Shown here: one piece after another, positions 30,798 to 41,511 of the stretch
Numbering within the stretch: the first letter of the stretch is position 1
Layout of the letters: every line of letters starts with the position of its first letter
Source: Gemmatimonadaceae bacterium
Lineage (GTDB): Bacteria; Gemmatimonadota; Gemmatimonadetes; Gemmatimonadales; Gemmatimonadaceae
NCBI GenBank assembly: GCA_051859245.1
Contig: JBHYGA010000001.1
Location: 864,001 to 928,000, forward strand
Direction of reading: 5' to 3'
Length of the DNA stretch: 64,000 nucleotides
The notes under the pieces: generated by a model
The model's input: the letters and a program-made list of their open reading frames with translations, nothing else
The model's database searches: none
Told to the model about the DNA's origin: nothing
Translations under genes and position numbers: made by a program

Positions 30798-32351
30798 TCA
30801 TTGGGAAAGAGGGGCGACGCGAAGATCACGTCCGTTCATTTCAACTGGCAGTTCCAGGCCGAGCATTCGCAGCGCGGTTGGACCAACGTCGCACAGCGCA
30901 CCGTCATCACGCAGCAACCATTCACCATCAGGATCACGAACCACCAGTGGCACAGGGTTCGTGGTGTGCGCGGTGTGCGGTCCTCCTGTTTCTGGATCAA
31001 TCATCACATCGCAGTTTCCGTGGTCCGCCGTGATGATCAATCGCGCCCCACTCTCGGCCGCCGCGTTAAGTATGCGACCCAGGCACGCGTCGATTGTCTC
31101 CACCGCACGAATCGCCGCTGGCAGCGACCCGGTGTGTCCTACCATATCGGTGTTCGCAAAGTTGCACAGCACAAAATCATGGGACCGCGACGTGAGGGCG
31201 TTGCACAAGATGTCACAGACGCCAGACGCGCTCATTTCCGGCTGCAAATCGTAGGTGGCCACTTTCGGGCTTGGCACCATTGAGCGCGACTCACCCGGAA
31301 ACGGCGTGTCGCCGCCACCGTTAAAAAAGTATGTCACATGCGGATACTTTTCGGTTTCCGCCGTGCGCAGTTGCAACAGCCCGGCGTTAGCAATGACTTC
31401 GCCCACCAGATTGGCCATCGACTGCGGCGCAAACGCGACCGGAAACGGAAACGCGTCGTCGTACTGCGTCATGGTGACAACGTGGACTGCCGGGCGCACG
31501 CCGGTGTCGAAGGCGCTGAAATCCGGTTGTGTCAGTGCGCGCAGCCACTGCCGCATGCGATCTGATCGGAAGTTCGCGCAGATTACCACGTCGCCGCTGC
31601 GCATGGGCGCCACCGGCAGCCCCGCTGCATTGAGCATCACGTGTGGCGGCAGAAACTCGTCGCTGGTGCCAGACGCGTACGCCGTCTCAAGCAGCGCCAT
31701 CGCATCAGTGGTTGTCTCACCAACGCCATGCACTGCGGCCGCGAACCACGCGCCGGTACGCTCCCAACGGTTATCGCGGTCCATGCCAAAGTAGCGTCCG
31801 GAAATGGACGCGAGCTGCGCGCGTCCATCAAGCACGGCCAGCGTTTCCCGCAAAAACTCAAGTCCGGATGTTGGTGACGTATCCCGTCCGTCGAGTAGTC
31901 CGTGCAGGACGACCCGCGGTACGCGCTCGCGTGTGCACAGGTCAACCAATGCGAACAGATGTTGTTCGAACGCATGCACACCACCGTTGCCGAGCAACGC
32001 TACCAGATGCACCGTGCCGCCGGTTTCGCGCGCGCGGGCACACGCCTCGCGCAGTGCCGCATTCTCGAAGAACGCGCCAGTCTCGATTGACGCACCGATG
32101 CGCACCAGATCCTGCATCACCACGCGACCCGCGCCAAGATTGAGATGGCCGACTTCGCTGTTGCCCATTTGACCGGCGGGCAGCCCAACCGATGGCCCAG
32201 ATGCGGACAGCAGTGTGCGCGTGGGTGTTGCCCAAAGCGCCTTCCAGTTGGGCGCATCGGCCAGTGCGATCGCGTTCGCATCTCGCGATTCGCGATATCC
32301 CCATCCATCGAGGATGATCAGTGCAACAGGTCTGGCAACAGTGGCAGTCAT
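30798..32351 (-). CDS. gpmI: 2,3-bisphosphoglycerate-independent phosphoglycerate mutase
   Basis: LIILDGWG, GQMGNSEVGH, DGRD, MDRD, AETEKYPHVTYFFNGG, DMVGHTG, TADHGN, HTAHT. Confidence 0.97.
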   Translation of the reverse strand: MTATVARPVALIILDGWGYRESRDANAIALADAPNWKALWATPTRTLLSASGPSVGLPAGQMGNSEVGHLNLGAGRVVMQDLVRIGASIETGAFFENAALREACARARETGGTVHLVALLGNGGVHAFEQHLFALVDLCTRERVPRVVLHGLLDGRDTSPTSGLEFLRETLAVLDGRAQLASISGRYFGMDRDNRWERTGAWFAAAVHGVGETTTDAMALLETAYASGTSDEFLPPHVMLNAAGLPVAPMRSGDVVICANFRSDRMRQWLRALTQPDFSAFDTGVRPAVHVVTMTQYDDAFPFPVAFAPQSMANLVGEVIANAGLLQLRTAETEKYPHVTYFFNGGGDTPFPGESRSMVPSPKVATYDLQPEMSASGVCDILCNALTSRSHDFVLCNFANTDMVGHTGSLPAAIRAVETIDACLGRILNAAAESGARLIITADHGNCDVMIDPETGGPHTAHTTNPVPLVVRDPDGEWLLRDDGALCDVGPTALRMLGLELPVEMNGRDLRVAPLSQ

Positions 32352-32474
32352 CCTTGCTCGGTGCAGGACATTGGGTACGTTTGCAGAGAACGCGTGCGGT
32401 GCATCGGTTGATCAAGCAGTCGATGCATTGGCGCCGGTGAACGCAGTCTGTGCATCATCCACCGTGCGCGCGAA

Positions 32475-33653
32475 ATGTACCCACCCTGCACATCCGCTCC
32501 AACAATGCGCCAACAGTCTGGCTCTCGTTCTGCACGGTCTCTCAGGCGCTTTCGATTCAGTGCGGTGTCAGCTGTTGTGGCTATATGCACGACCGTGGTG
32601 GGCGCGGCACTGGTACAGGCGCAAACGCCGCGACGAGGGGATCGGGTCACCGTACGCGCCGGCACCGCGCTGCGTGGGACACCCGGCGGCGACGTGATCG
32701 GCGTCTCAAGTCGCGACATCACCTCAGCGGTGGAGCTCACGCAGACCACGTTCGTACGAATCTCCGTCGACGGATTTGTTGAGGCTACGGCGATTCGATA
32801 TACCGCCGATCGCTCGCGAGGCGAGGTGTCGGGCGCGGCAGGGGCAACGCTCCGGGCGGCTGCGAACCAGGCATCCGCGGCGGTGGCAGAGCTGCGCCGC
32901 AGCACGTACGTCTTTCCCACGCGGAACGGCGGCAGCTTTCCGGCGCCCAGAGCTGGCGCCTGGGTTCCCGCGCGTCGCTCGCTGTGGGTCGACGTGAGCC
33001 GCCTCGAGTCGCGTCCCGTCGCGGCCCGCCCCAGCGCGCGTCCCGCGCCCGCGGCGAGAACGGAATCCGCGCGAACGGAGACGGCGCCTGCGGATTCCAT
33101 CGCGCAGTCCGCGCAAGCGGCGCCTGCAGCCCCGGCGGTCGATCCCTCGGCGCCAACGCTCGAAACCCGCGGTCCGTCCTCACTGCAAGCCGGTCCGGGA
33201 GGCGATGTCCTGGCCAACATCCCCGGCGGAGTTCGGCTCGTGCCGCTTGGCCGGGAAAACGGCTGGATGCGCGTGCGCATTGAGGGATGGCTGCCGGATT
33301 CGTCCGTCGAGGCAGCGGGCACGAGGTCGGCCGGCTCGCTCTCGGCGGCTGACCTGCGCGCCAACCCGGCGGGCACGGCGGGACGGCTCGTGCGCTGGTC
33401 AGTCGAGTCGCTGTCCTTCCAAACCGCCGATGAACTCCGAAAAGGCCTGACCCCCGGCGAAGCCTACCTGCTCGCGCGCGGCCCGGGAGCCGAGCGGGCG
33501 GTGCTGTATCTGGCCCTGCCGGACTCCCTCGTGGCCCGCGCGCAGGCACTACCGCCGCTCGCCGAAATCACCATTACCGCACGGGTTCGGAACGGGCGCA
33601 GTCAGCCGTCTGGCGTGCCGGTGCTCGATTTGCTGGATCTCGCGCGCCGGTAG
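32475..33653 (+). CDS. Hypothetical exported protein with SH3b-like segments and Pro/Ala linker
   Basis: Signal peptide ending VQAQ; two related segments (GTPGGDVIG...FVRISVDGFV and AGPGGDVLA...WMRVRIEGWL); start uncertain. Confidence 0.6.
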   Translation: MYPPCTSAPTMRQQSGSRSARSLRRFRFSAVSAVVAICTTVVGAALVQAQTPRRGDRVTVRAGTALRGTPGGDVIGVSSRDITSAVELTQTTFVRISVDGFVEATAIRYTADRSRGEVSGAAGATLRAAANQASAAVAELRRSTYVFPTRNGGSFPAPRAGAWVPARRSLWVDVSRLESRPVAARPSARPAPAARTESARTETAPADSIAQSAQAAPAAPAVDPSAPTLETRGPSSLQAGPGGDVLANIPGGVRLVPLGRENGWMRVRIEGWLPDSSVEAAGTRSAGSLSAADLRANPAGTAGRLVRWSVESLSFQTADELRKGLTPGEAYLLARGPGAERAVLYLALPDSLVARAQALPPLAEITITARVRNGRSQPSGVPVLDLLDLARR

Positions 33654-33963
33654 GAACTTGCGGCGCGCGTCTGCCGTAGTGGCAGCTGCGGTGAAATGTC
33701 TCACGATGTGACAATCAGGGGACCCTCAGCGTACCCTATGGGTACGGAGGGCGTACTGCGTGCGGCCAGACCCGCTAGATTCAGCATATGCATCCTGTGA
33801 CGGTGCTGGATCGTCAGAACAGCGGGTCGCGCGAGTGTTCTCCGCGCTTAAGGTCTTGCTTTGCTTCCGGAATCCTTGTGCCTGTGAATTCTTCGTTCTA
33901 CAATCGCCGTGCCCACACGCTGCTCGGCCATCGCGCGCTCGCCGCGGCGACCGTGGGGCTGCG

Positions 33964-35028
33964 GTGAGCCCGACTCACGAATCGGCGGCGCATCGCGAAC
34001 AGCAGCGTCAGAAGGCGCGTGCCGCCAAGCGGCGCGGCATGGTGAATCGTCGCGTCGTCATGGGGCTCACGTTCGTGGCGGCCATGGCCGGATTGTGGTG
34101 GTATGAACCCGCCGATGCCATGCGCTACGAACCACCGAACACAAACGCGGCGCCGAGTGAACCGAGCGTGGTGAGTGCGCGCGAAGCGTTTGGCACCAGT
34201 GGACATGTGCGTATGCAGTTTGTGCGCGCCGGCGAAGCGATCACGTTCCCTCTGGAAGTGCGCGGCAGCGGACTCGGCTACACGTATCAGTGGATGCGTG
34301 TGGGAACGAACGAGAGCGGCGACGTGGCGCGTCCGCTCACGGAAACTCAATTGCTGGCACCGCTCACGGCGGGCATCTACGAGTTGCAGCTCACGCGCGG
34401 CGCAGAAGTACAGCGACTCGCCGAGCCGAAGGTTGCCGTGCTCGTGCCGTTTGAACGCAAGCTGGGTGGACTGCTCAACGGCTATCGCATCGGGCAATAT
34501 CCTGCTGAATGGTCCTCAGGTCGCGATCGCTTCCAGCGGCCGCCTGGCTTTGTGGAAGTGCAGGAAGCAGACGCGGACCTGAAGCTGTCCACGCATTTGC
34601 AGGTCTCGGATTTTCTCACGCACGATGCGCAGAAACAGTGGCCACGCTACGTGGCCATCGATCCGCGCGTCGTCGACAAGATTGAGCTGGTATTGCAGGA
34701 ACTCGCGCGACGCCGCGGCGATGACAAAATCGTGTTCGATGTGCGCGTGCACAGCGGGTTCCGCACACCACTGCACAATGCCGGGGTCGAGGGATCGGCG
34801 CGCGATTCGCGGCACATGTACGGCGATGCAGCAGACGTTGCCATCGACGCCGACGGCGACGGTCGCTTCACAATTTTCGATGCTTATCAGGTCGAGCGCG
34901 CGGTCGACTGGATTGAGGGAACCACACCATTCCTTGCTGGTGGGATGGGGGTGTACTCGAGTCCACGCTGGCCTACGCCGTACGTTCACATTGATGCGCG
35001 CGGCGAACGCAAACGCTGGCGCGGGTGA
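33964..35028 (+). CDS. Membrane-anchored peptidase M15-family (YcbK/DUF882-like) zinc peptidase
   Basis: SGFRTP, SRHMYGDAAD (H-x6-D), YVHIDARG (HxD); N-terminal TM; start uncertain. Confidence 0.82.
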   Translation: MSPTHESAAHREQQRQKARAAKRRGMVNRRVVMGLTFVAAMAGLWWYEPADAMRYEPPNTNAAPSEPSVVSAREAFGTSGHVRMQFVRAGEAITFPLEVRGSGLGYTYQWMRVGTNESGDVARPLTETQLLAPLTAGIYELQLTRGAEVQRLAEPKVAVLVPFERKLGGLLNGYRIGQYPAEWSSGRDRFQRPPGFVEVQEADADLKLSTHLQVSDFLTHDAQKQWPRYVAIDPRVVDKIELVLQELARRRGDDKIVFDVRVHSGFRTPLHNAGVEGSARDSRHMYGDAADVAIDADGDGRFTIFDAYQVERAVDWIEGTTPFLAGGMGVYSSPRWPTPYVHIDARGERKRWRG

Positions 35029-35033
35029 CCTCT

Positions 35034-35486
35034 ATGAATCCGAATCTTCGGGATCGATTGTTGCGCAAGCTGGAAACGCTGAGCGATGAGCGCGGCTATC
35101 AGGTGCTCGACTACGTCGATTTTCTCGAGAGCAAGTACGCTGAGAAAGCACCGACGCCGGTTTCGCTGCTGCAGCGCTTCACCGACGGTGTCGAAGATCG
35201 GTTGCGCACCGGCGGTGTGGCGGCGTCTACGGTTGTCGAGACCATGGGACTGCTGAACCGTGCGGTCGGTGTACTCGGTGGTGTCGCCGCGGCCGGCATG
35301 TCTGTCGCTACCGACGTTGCGAGCGCTGGCATGTCGGTCGCCACGGATGTCGCGTCCGCGGCCTCTCGCATTGTCACGCCAACGCCCGGCGCACCCAGCG
35401 CGGCGCCATCTGCCACCGCACCGAATACACCGCCGCCCGCCGCACCGCCGGGGAATAGCGGCAACGTGGGTGGAGCGCCCGCGTGA
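35034..35486 (+). CDS. Hypothetical protein with 11-aa tandem repeat and Pro-rich tail
   Basis: Operonic spacing; GYQVLDYVDFLESKY helical domain; GMSVATDVASA twice. Confidence 0.7.
   Translation: MNPNLRDRLLRKLETLSDERGYQVLDYVDFLESKYAEKAPTPVSLLQRFTDGVEDRLRTGGVAASTVVETMGLLNRAVGVLGGVAAAGMSVATDVASAGMSVATDVASAASRIVTPTPGAPSAAPSATAPNTPPPAAPPGNSGNVGGAPA
35295..35360 (+). repeat. Two 33-nt in-frame tandem units
   Basis: Both encode GMSVATDVASA; 7 of 11 codons differ, all synonymously. Confidence 0.85.
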
Positions 35487-36013
35487 TCGGCGAAGAGGCT
35501 CCGCGGCGCCGATCGCGCGAAGAGCGTATGCGCGATCGACAGGCGTCACCACGCAGCGAACACGTGTCCGATCGCGCCACCGCCCGACTCTCCTCGCGAT
35601 CGCGTGGCGACGACGGCAGGCCCCGCCCGCGCTCCGGGGCCAAGCGCACCCTCATGAGCACGATTCGTGATTTGCCGGCCTATCTCAAGCTGCTCGCCGG
35701 GCTGATGAGTGATGGCGCGGTCTCGCGGGTGGATCGCCTGCTCGTAGTGGGCGCGATTGCGTACATCATCAGCCCCGTGGATCTGGTCCCGGACGTCATT
35801 CCGTTTCTCGGACAGGTGGATGACGTCTATCTGCTCGTGCTCGCGATTCAGCGACTGGTCAAGCGGGCAGGTCGTGGGACCATTATGCGCTACTGGCGCG
35901 GGGATCCGCGGGCGCTCTCCGACAAGGCGCTGGCGCGCGTGGTCGGCGCCGCCACGTTCTTTCTTCCCGGTCGCACCAAGCAGAAGATCACGCGCTTGAT
36001 GGGTCGCTGGTAG
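35483..36013 (+). CDS. YkvA/DUF1232 family membrane protein
   Basis: AYIISPVDLVPDVIPFLGQVDD signature. Confidence 0.9.
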   Translation: MIGEEAPRRRSREERMRDRQASPRSEHVSDRATARLSSRSRGDDGRPRPRSGAKRTLMSTIRDLPAYLKLLAGLMSDGAVSRVDRLLVVGAIAYIISPVDLVPDVIPFLGQVDDVYLLVLAIQRLVKRAGRGTIMRYWRGDPRALSDKALARVVGAATFFLPGRTKQKITRLMGRW

Positions 36014-37663
<1,650 letters not shown>

Positions 37664-37664
37664 T

Positions 37665-38747
37665 TTGTTCATGAACTCAACGCAGGCACCGGCGCGCCGA
37701 ACGCCGACTGACAACGCTGTCATTGAAGATCTGTTCTCGGTGCCGCGCGCTCGCGCAAAGGCGATTCGTGAACTCGAGCCGTTGCTGCGACCGGGAATCA
37801 CGGTGGCGCTGTCGACGCATCTCAATGCGGACGGCGACGGATGCGGTTCGGAAGCGGCACTGGCGCGGCTGTTGATGCAGCGCGGCATGAACGTGCGCAT
37901 CGTGAATCCCACGCCCTGGCCCACGTTGTTCAACTTTTTGTTGGGCAATGATGTTGAAGACGCGTCGCCTCGCGGCGCTGAGGCGCTGGAAGGCATCGAT
38001 CTGCTGTTGGTGCTGGATATCAACGATGTGCGCCGCCTTGGTGTGCTGGCCGACGCCGTTCGCGGGCTCACCGTGCCGATTGGCGTGATTGATCATCATG
38101 TCGCGGGTGACGAACCGGTTGGCCAGGTCACGTACGCGGATACCACCGCCTGTGCGACCGGCGAGCTGGTGTTTGATCTGGCGCGCGAGCTTGGGCTGGC
38201 GATCACGCCGGCGATTGCGGAGTCGCTGTACTGCGCCATTCTCACCGACACCGGTGGCTTTCGTTTCAGCAACACATCACCGCGCTGCCATGCCGTTGCG
38301 GCGGCGTTGCTGTCTGCGGGCGTGGCGCCGGAGTCGATGTACCGACTCATTTATGCGCAGGTCAAGCCGGCGCGACTGCACCTGCTTCGCGAAGCGCTGA
38401 GCACGCTGCAACTTGATCCGGAAATCGGGTTGAGCTGGATTACGCTCACGTACGATGTGGTGCACCGGCTCGGTGCGACCACCGATGACGTGGATGGTCT
38501 GGTTGAGCATCCACGATCGGTGGCCGGCACACGTCTGGCGCTGATGTTCCGCGATCTGGGGCACGGCAAGGTGAAGGTGTCGTTTCGCAGTACGGGGAAC
38601 ATCGACGCGCAGTTGTTGGCCAGACAGTTCGGCGGCGGCGGACATGTCAAGGCGTCGGGCGCACTGCTCGCCGGAACACTCGCCGAAACGGAAGCCAACG
38701 TGATTGCCGCCGCACGGGAATATCTCGCGAGTATTCCGCGAGCGTAA
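37665..38747 (+). CDS. DHH/DHHA1 phosphoesterase (NrnA-like oligoribonuclease/pAp phosphatase)
   Basis: HLNADGD, IDHH, TDTGGF, KVSFRS, GGGGH. Confidence 0.9.
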   Translation: MFMNSTQAPARRTPTDNAVIEDLFSVPRARAKAIRELEPLLRPGITVALSTHLNADGDGCGSEAALARLLMQRGMNVRIVNPTPWPTLFNFLLGNDVEDASPRGAEALEGIDLLLVLDINDVRRLGVLADAVRGLTVPIGVIDHHVAGDEPVGQVTYADTTACATGELVFDLARELGLAITPAIAESLYCAILTDTGGFRFSNTSPRCHAVAAALLSAGVAPESMYRLIYAQVKPARLHLLREALSTLQLDPEIGLSWITLTYDVVHRLGATTDDVDGLVEHPRSVAGTRLALMFRDLGHGKVKVSFRSTGNIDAQLLARQFGGGGHVKASGALLAGTLAETEANVIAAAREYLASIPRA

Positions 38748-38751
38748 CGCG

Positions 38752-39120
38752 CTACATCTCCTCCATGTCGCCCGGCGACTTGAAGTAGTTCTTGTACAGC
38801 GTCTTGGTGGTCTCGGTTTCGCACCCGTACCACGGGATCACGCCCACATACGGAAACGCTGGCAAGTAGTATCCTTTCCAGCTCCAGCCACAATCCGAGT
38901 ACGTGGTTTCTTCGCCGCAGACTTCAATCAAGCCAGCGCCGCACGGCGAGTAGTACATTTTGGTTTCGGATTGCGCGACCAGTTGCGACGCGAACGCACC
39001 TGTTGCCAGCAACGCCGCGAGCCCGATCAGCAACCGAGTATGCGCGCCCTTCGCTCGGCCTGCTGCGTTGGGTGACTGCCGGCGTGCTTTGGCGAGACGG
39101 GATGTTGTGGTAAGCATCAT
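38752..39120 (-). CDS. Small exported Cys-rich protein (paralog 2)
   Basis: GAGG RBS before ATGATG; hydrophobic signal segment; 4 Cys; clearly homologous to 40900-41292. Confidence 0.8.
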   Translation of the reverse strand: MMLTTTSRLAKARRQSPNAAGRAKGAHTRLLIGLAALLATGAFASQLVAQSETKMYYSPCGAGLIEVCGEETTYSDCGWSWKGYYLPAFPYVGVIPWYGCETETTKTLYKNYFKSPGDMEEM

Positions 39121-39162
39121 GACCTCACGAGAGAAAGAGTATAGGACGTATGCGAACATCGC

Positions 39163-40296
39163 TCAGCGCGACACGCTGTCGTTCGCGGTGATGCGGCGCC
39201 ACGCAACCAACTGCGGGGCAACCATGCTGTTGCGCATGGTGTAGAGCGTTCCGTTCGCGTACACCGCGTATTCGAGATCACGGTGTGGTGCTGGCCATGA
39301 CACGCGGTATCGTCCGAAGCGATCGAACAGGTCGAGTATCGGTTTGTCCGGGCCAGGTGCACCGCGAAACGTGATGAGCACGGTGTCATTCCAGGTGGAC
39401 CCTCGAGTGGCCGCCGACGTGCCACTCTCCATTTCGGTCCGCACCACTGGTTTTCCGTCTACCTGGCGCGATTGCGTGGTAAACGTTGGTGTCTCCAGCG
39501 CTTCGGCGTATGGCTGCAGTGTGAGTGCGCGAGCGTCGGCCGTGACGCCGCCGATGCCGTAACCGAACATGGTGAACACCGTACACGCATCACTGGCCTC
39601 GCCACGCGCAAACGCGGCGCTGGTGACCATGCTCGGCGCGGACGCGGGGAGTTCCACGGGAAACGCGAAGCGCGCGAGTGGTGAGGACTCACGACTGCGC
39701 GTGAGCCAGGCGCCGTTTCGTTGTGTTACGCCAACCAGTGAGCCGTCACGGAGCGCACAGATTGACGAGGCGTGCTGCTGCGGTCCGGGCTGCTGGTTCG
39801 CCAGCAAAGAACCACTCGGGGCAATCGTGGAAACGCGACCCAGTTGCACATCGAGTGCGAGGATGTTGCCCGCCGAGTCCATGGTGATATCGTTGATCTC
39901 CTGGAACTCACCGGGGCCAGCGCCTTTTCTGCCCACCGACCATCGCGTTTCTCCCGAACTGCGATCAAACGCGTGGATCTGCAGTGTCCCCTCATCCACG
40001 ATCACGACTCCATCCCGGTACGGAAGTGCGATTGGCACAACGGCGAACAACGCTTCTTCGCGCTTGCCACCGCGTGTCCACACCACCTGCCAGCCGGTGC
40101 TGTCGATCACGCGCTGTGATGGTGCTTGCCCGTTGAGCGAGGCCTGAATCAGCGCGTCACCTGGTGCGAGCGATGCGTCGGCAGGTGCGTCCGTTGCGGA
40201 GGAATTTTTCGCCGTTGTATCCGAACCTGCACAGCCAAACGCGGCGAACAGTGTGAGCAGCGCCAACGTGATCGAAGGGACACGATGCAGGCTCAT
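39163..40296 (-). CDS. Beta-propeller lipoprotein (6-bladed/NHL-like)
   Basis: Lipobox AFGC; GRKGAGPGEFQEINDITMDSAGNILALD blade motif; LDLFDRFGRY. Confidence 0.75.
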   Translation of the reverse strand: MSLHRVPSITLALLTLFAAFGCAGSDTTAKNSSATDAPADASLAPGDALIQASLNGQAPSQRVIDSTGWQVVWTRGGKREEALFAVVPIALPYRDGVVIVDEGTLQIHAFDRSSGETRWSVGRKGAGPGEFQEINDITMDSAGNILALDVQLGRVSTIAPSGSLLANQQPGPQQHASSICALRDGSLVGVTQRNGAWLTRSRESSPLARFAFPVELPASAPSMVTSAAFARGEASDACTVFTMFGYGIGGVTADARALTLQPYAEALETPTFTTQSRQVDGKPVVRTEMESGTSAATRGSTWNDTVLITFRGAPGPDKPILDLFDRFGRYRVSWPAPHRDLEYAVYANGTLYTMRNSMVAPQLVAWRRITANDSVSR

Positions 40297-40916
40297 GGCA
40301 CGGGGGGATTGGGGTTGTTGGTGACGAGTCGGGCAATGGCGGCGAGTTGTACGGTGCGTTCCACCGGACCTGGCGGAGAGGCGCCAGCATATCGAAGTCG
40401 GTGCTCCCCATCGAACAGCATGAGCGTTGGCGTGCTGCGATGACCGAGTGCGACCATGGTGCCGCGTTGCGCCGACGACAGTACGGCGAGTGTTGCATGT
40501 TGCAGGCTGCGCGGCAGTCGGTCGCGAAGCCCCACCGTGTCTGCAGCCAGGCCCTCCACCAGCAGCACGCGATGTGGCACGTGTGACGAGATCGACGGTC
40601 GCTCAAACAGCGCGAACACTCCGAGGTTGCCATCGCAGTCTTTGGCCTGCGCCACGATCACCGCCGTAAACGCGCGCGTTGAGTCTGCAGGTTGTACGGC
40701 GTCGAGCAATGTTGCCCCGGCCCCGCGACGCACCGTTGTAAAGCGCGCCGACATCAGCGTCGCCGAAAACATGGCCGCAATGAGCATGAGCAGCAGCGTG
40801 CCGATGCCGTCACCGATAGCGGAGTAGCGAGCCGCGTTACGCCGCATCGCCGAGGCCAAGGAACCGGGCGTCTTGCGACGCCCGTCCTCATGTGATGGGT
40901 CAGCACTCCGAGGCAT
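40293..40916 (-). CDS. Membrane-anchored protein with degenerate thioredoxin-like fold
   Basis: TM segment; beta strand then AKDCDGN (single Cys); STPTLMLFDGEHRLRY resembles the cis-Pro/beta-hairpin end of Trx folds; ATGA overlap with the next gene. Confidence 0.55.
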   Translation of the reverse strand: MPRSADPSHEDGRRKTPGSLASAMRRNAARYSAIGDGIGTLLLMLIAAMFSATLMSARFTTVRRGAGATLLDAVQPADSTRAFTAVIVAQAKDCDGNLGVFALFERPSISSHVPHRVLLVEGLAADTVGLRDRLPRSLQHATLAVLSSAQRGTMVALGHRSTPTLMLFDGEHRLRYAGASPPGPVERTVQLAAIARLVTNNPNPPVP

Positions 40917-41292
40917 ACTCTTCGTCGAGTCCGTCGCTCATATCCGTGCGACCCGGATTGGTCGCGTCTTTCGGCGCCCACTGGAAGCACACGCCAAGCT
41001 CCGTGCTGTTCTTGTCGTAGTTCTTGTACAGATTCTTGGTGGTGGTGCCCGTGCAGCTTTCACCCTCGTACTTGAATCCGAACACGCGGGCAATGATGCC
41101 AAGATCGATGCCCCACTTGTCGCTGCAGTTAGTGCCGGTGGTTTCGGAACCGCAGACTTCGAGCACGCCGTTGCCGCAGGTGGTGTAGATGATTTCGGGG
41201 CCGATTTCGTACGCACGCGCCGTGTTGGCGGCCATGGTGACAGCAAGAACAAGGGTGGCGGCGAGACCGCCGAACCAGGTGAGTCGGGTCAT
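40900..41292 (-). CDS. Small secreted Cys-rich protein (paralog 1)
   Basis: GAGAGGA RBS 7 nt before ATG; Sec signal ending ARA; 6 Cys; homologous to 38752-39120. Confidence 0.85.
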   Translation of the reverse strand: MTRLTWFGGLAATLVLAVTMAANTARAYEIGPEIIYTTCGNGVLEVCGSETTGTNCSDKWGIDLGIIARVFGFKYEGESCTGTTTKNLYKNYDKNSTELGVCFQWAPKDATNPGRTDMSDGLDEEYASEC

Positions 41293-41511
41293 GGAAGGGT
41301 CCTCTCAGGTGCTGCGAGGTAGTGAGCAGCGGCGGGAATCGTTCGCTGCGTCCAACGGGCCGCCCGGTCGGCCTGTTTGACTCGCGCAGTATGCGTGCGG
41401 TCTGTCATCCGCATGTCACCAAAACACCGCGCGTGTTATCACCAGCCCGCCGCCGCGCTGCGACTCACCGAGCTGCTTGGAGCTCCCGTCCGCGGGGACT
41501 AACTTTCGCGA

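Noticed and set aside
32348..33376. 342-aa minus-strand ORF abutting gpmI
   Set aside because: Low-complexity antisense of the + strand ORF, which has a signal peptide and internal repeats.
33691..33751. CRP/FNR-like GTGA-N6-TCAC and an adjacent hairpin before the M15 peptidase
   Set aside because: Weak match and no U tract; cannot be distinguished from chance.
38752..41292. Classical RiPP cluster or DGR-like template/variable pair
   Set aside because: No modifying enzyme, peptidase-ABC exporter or reverse transcriptase; the proteins have Sec-type signals and the paralog differences are not adenine-specific.
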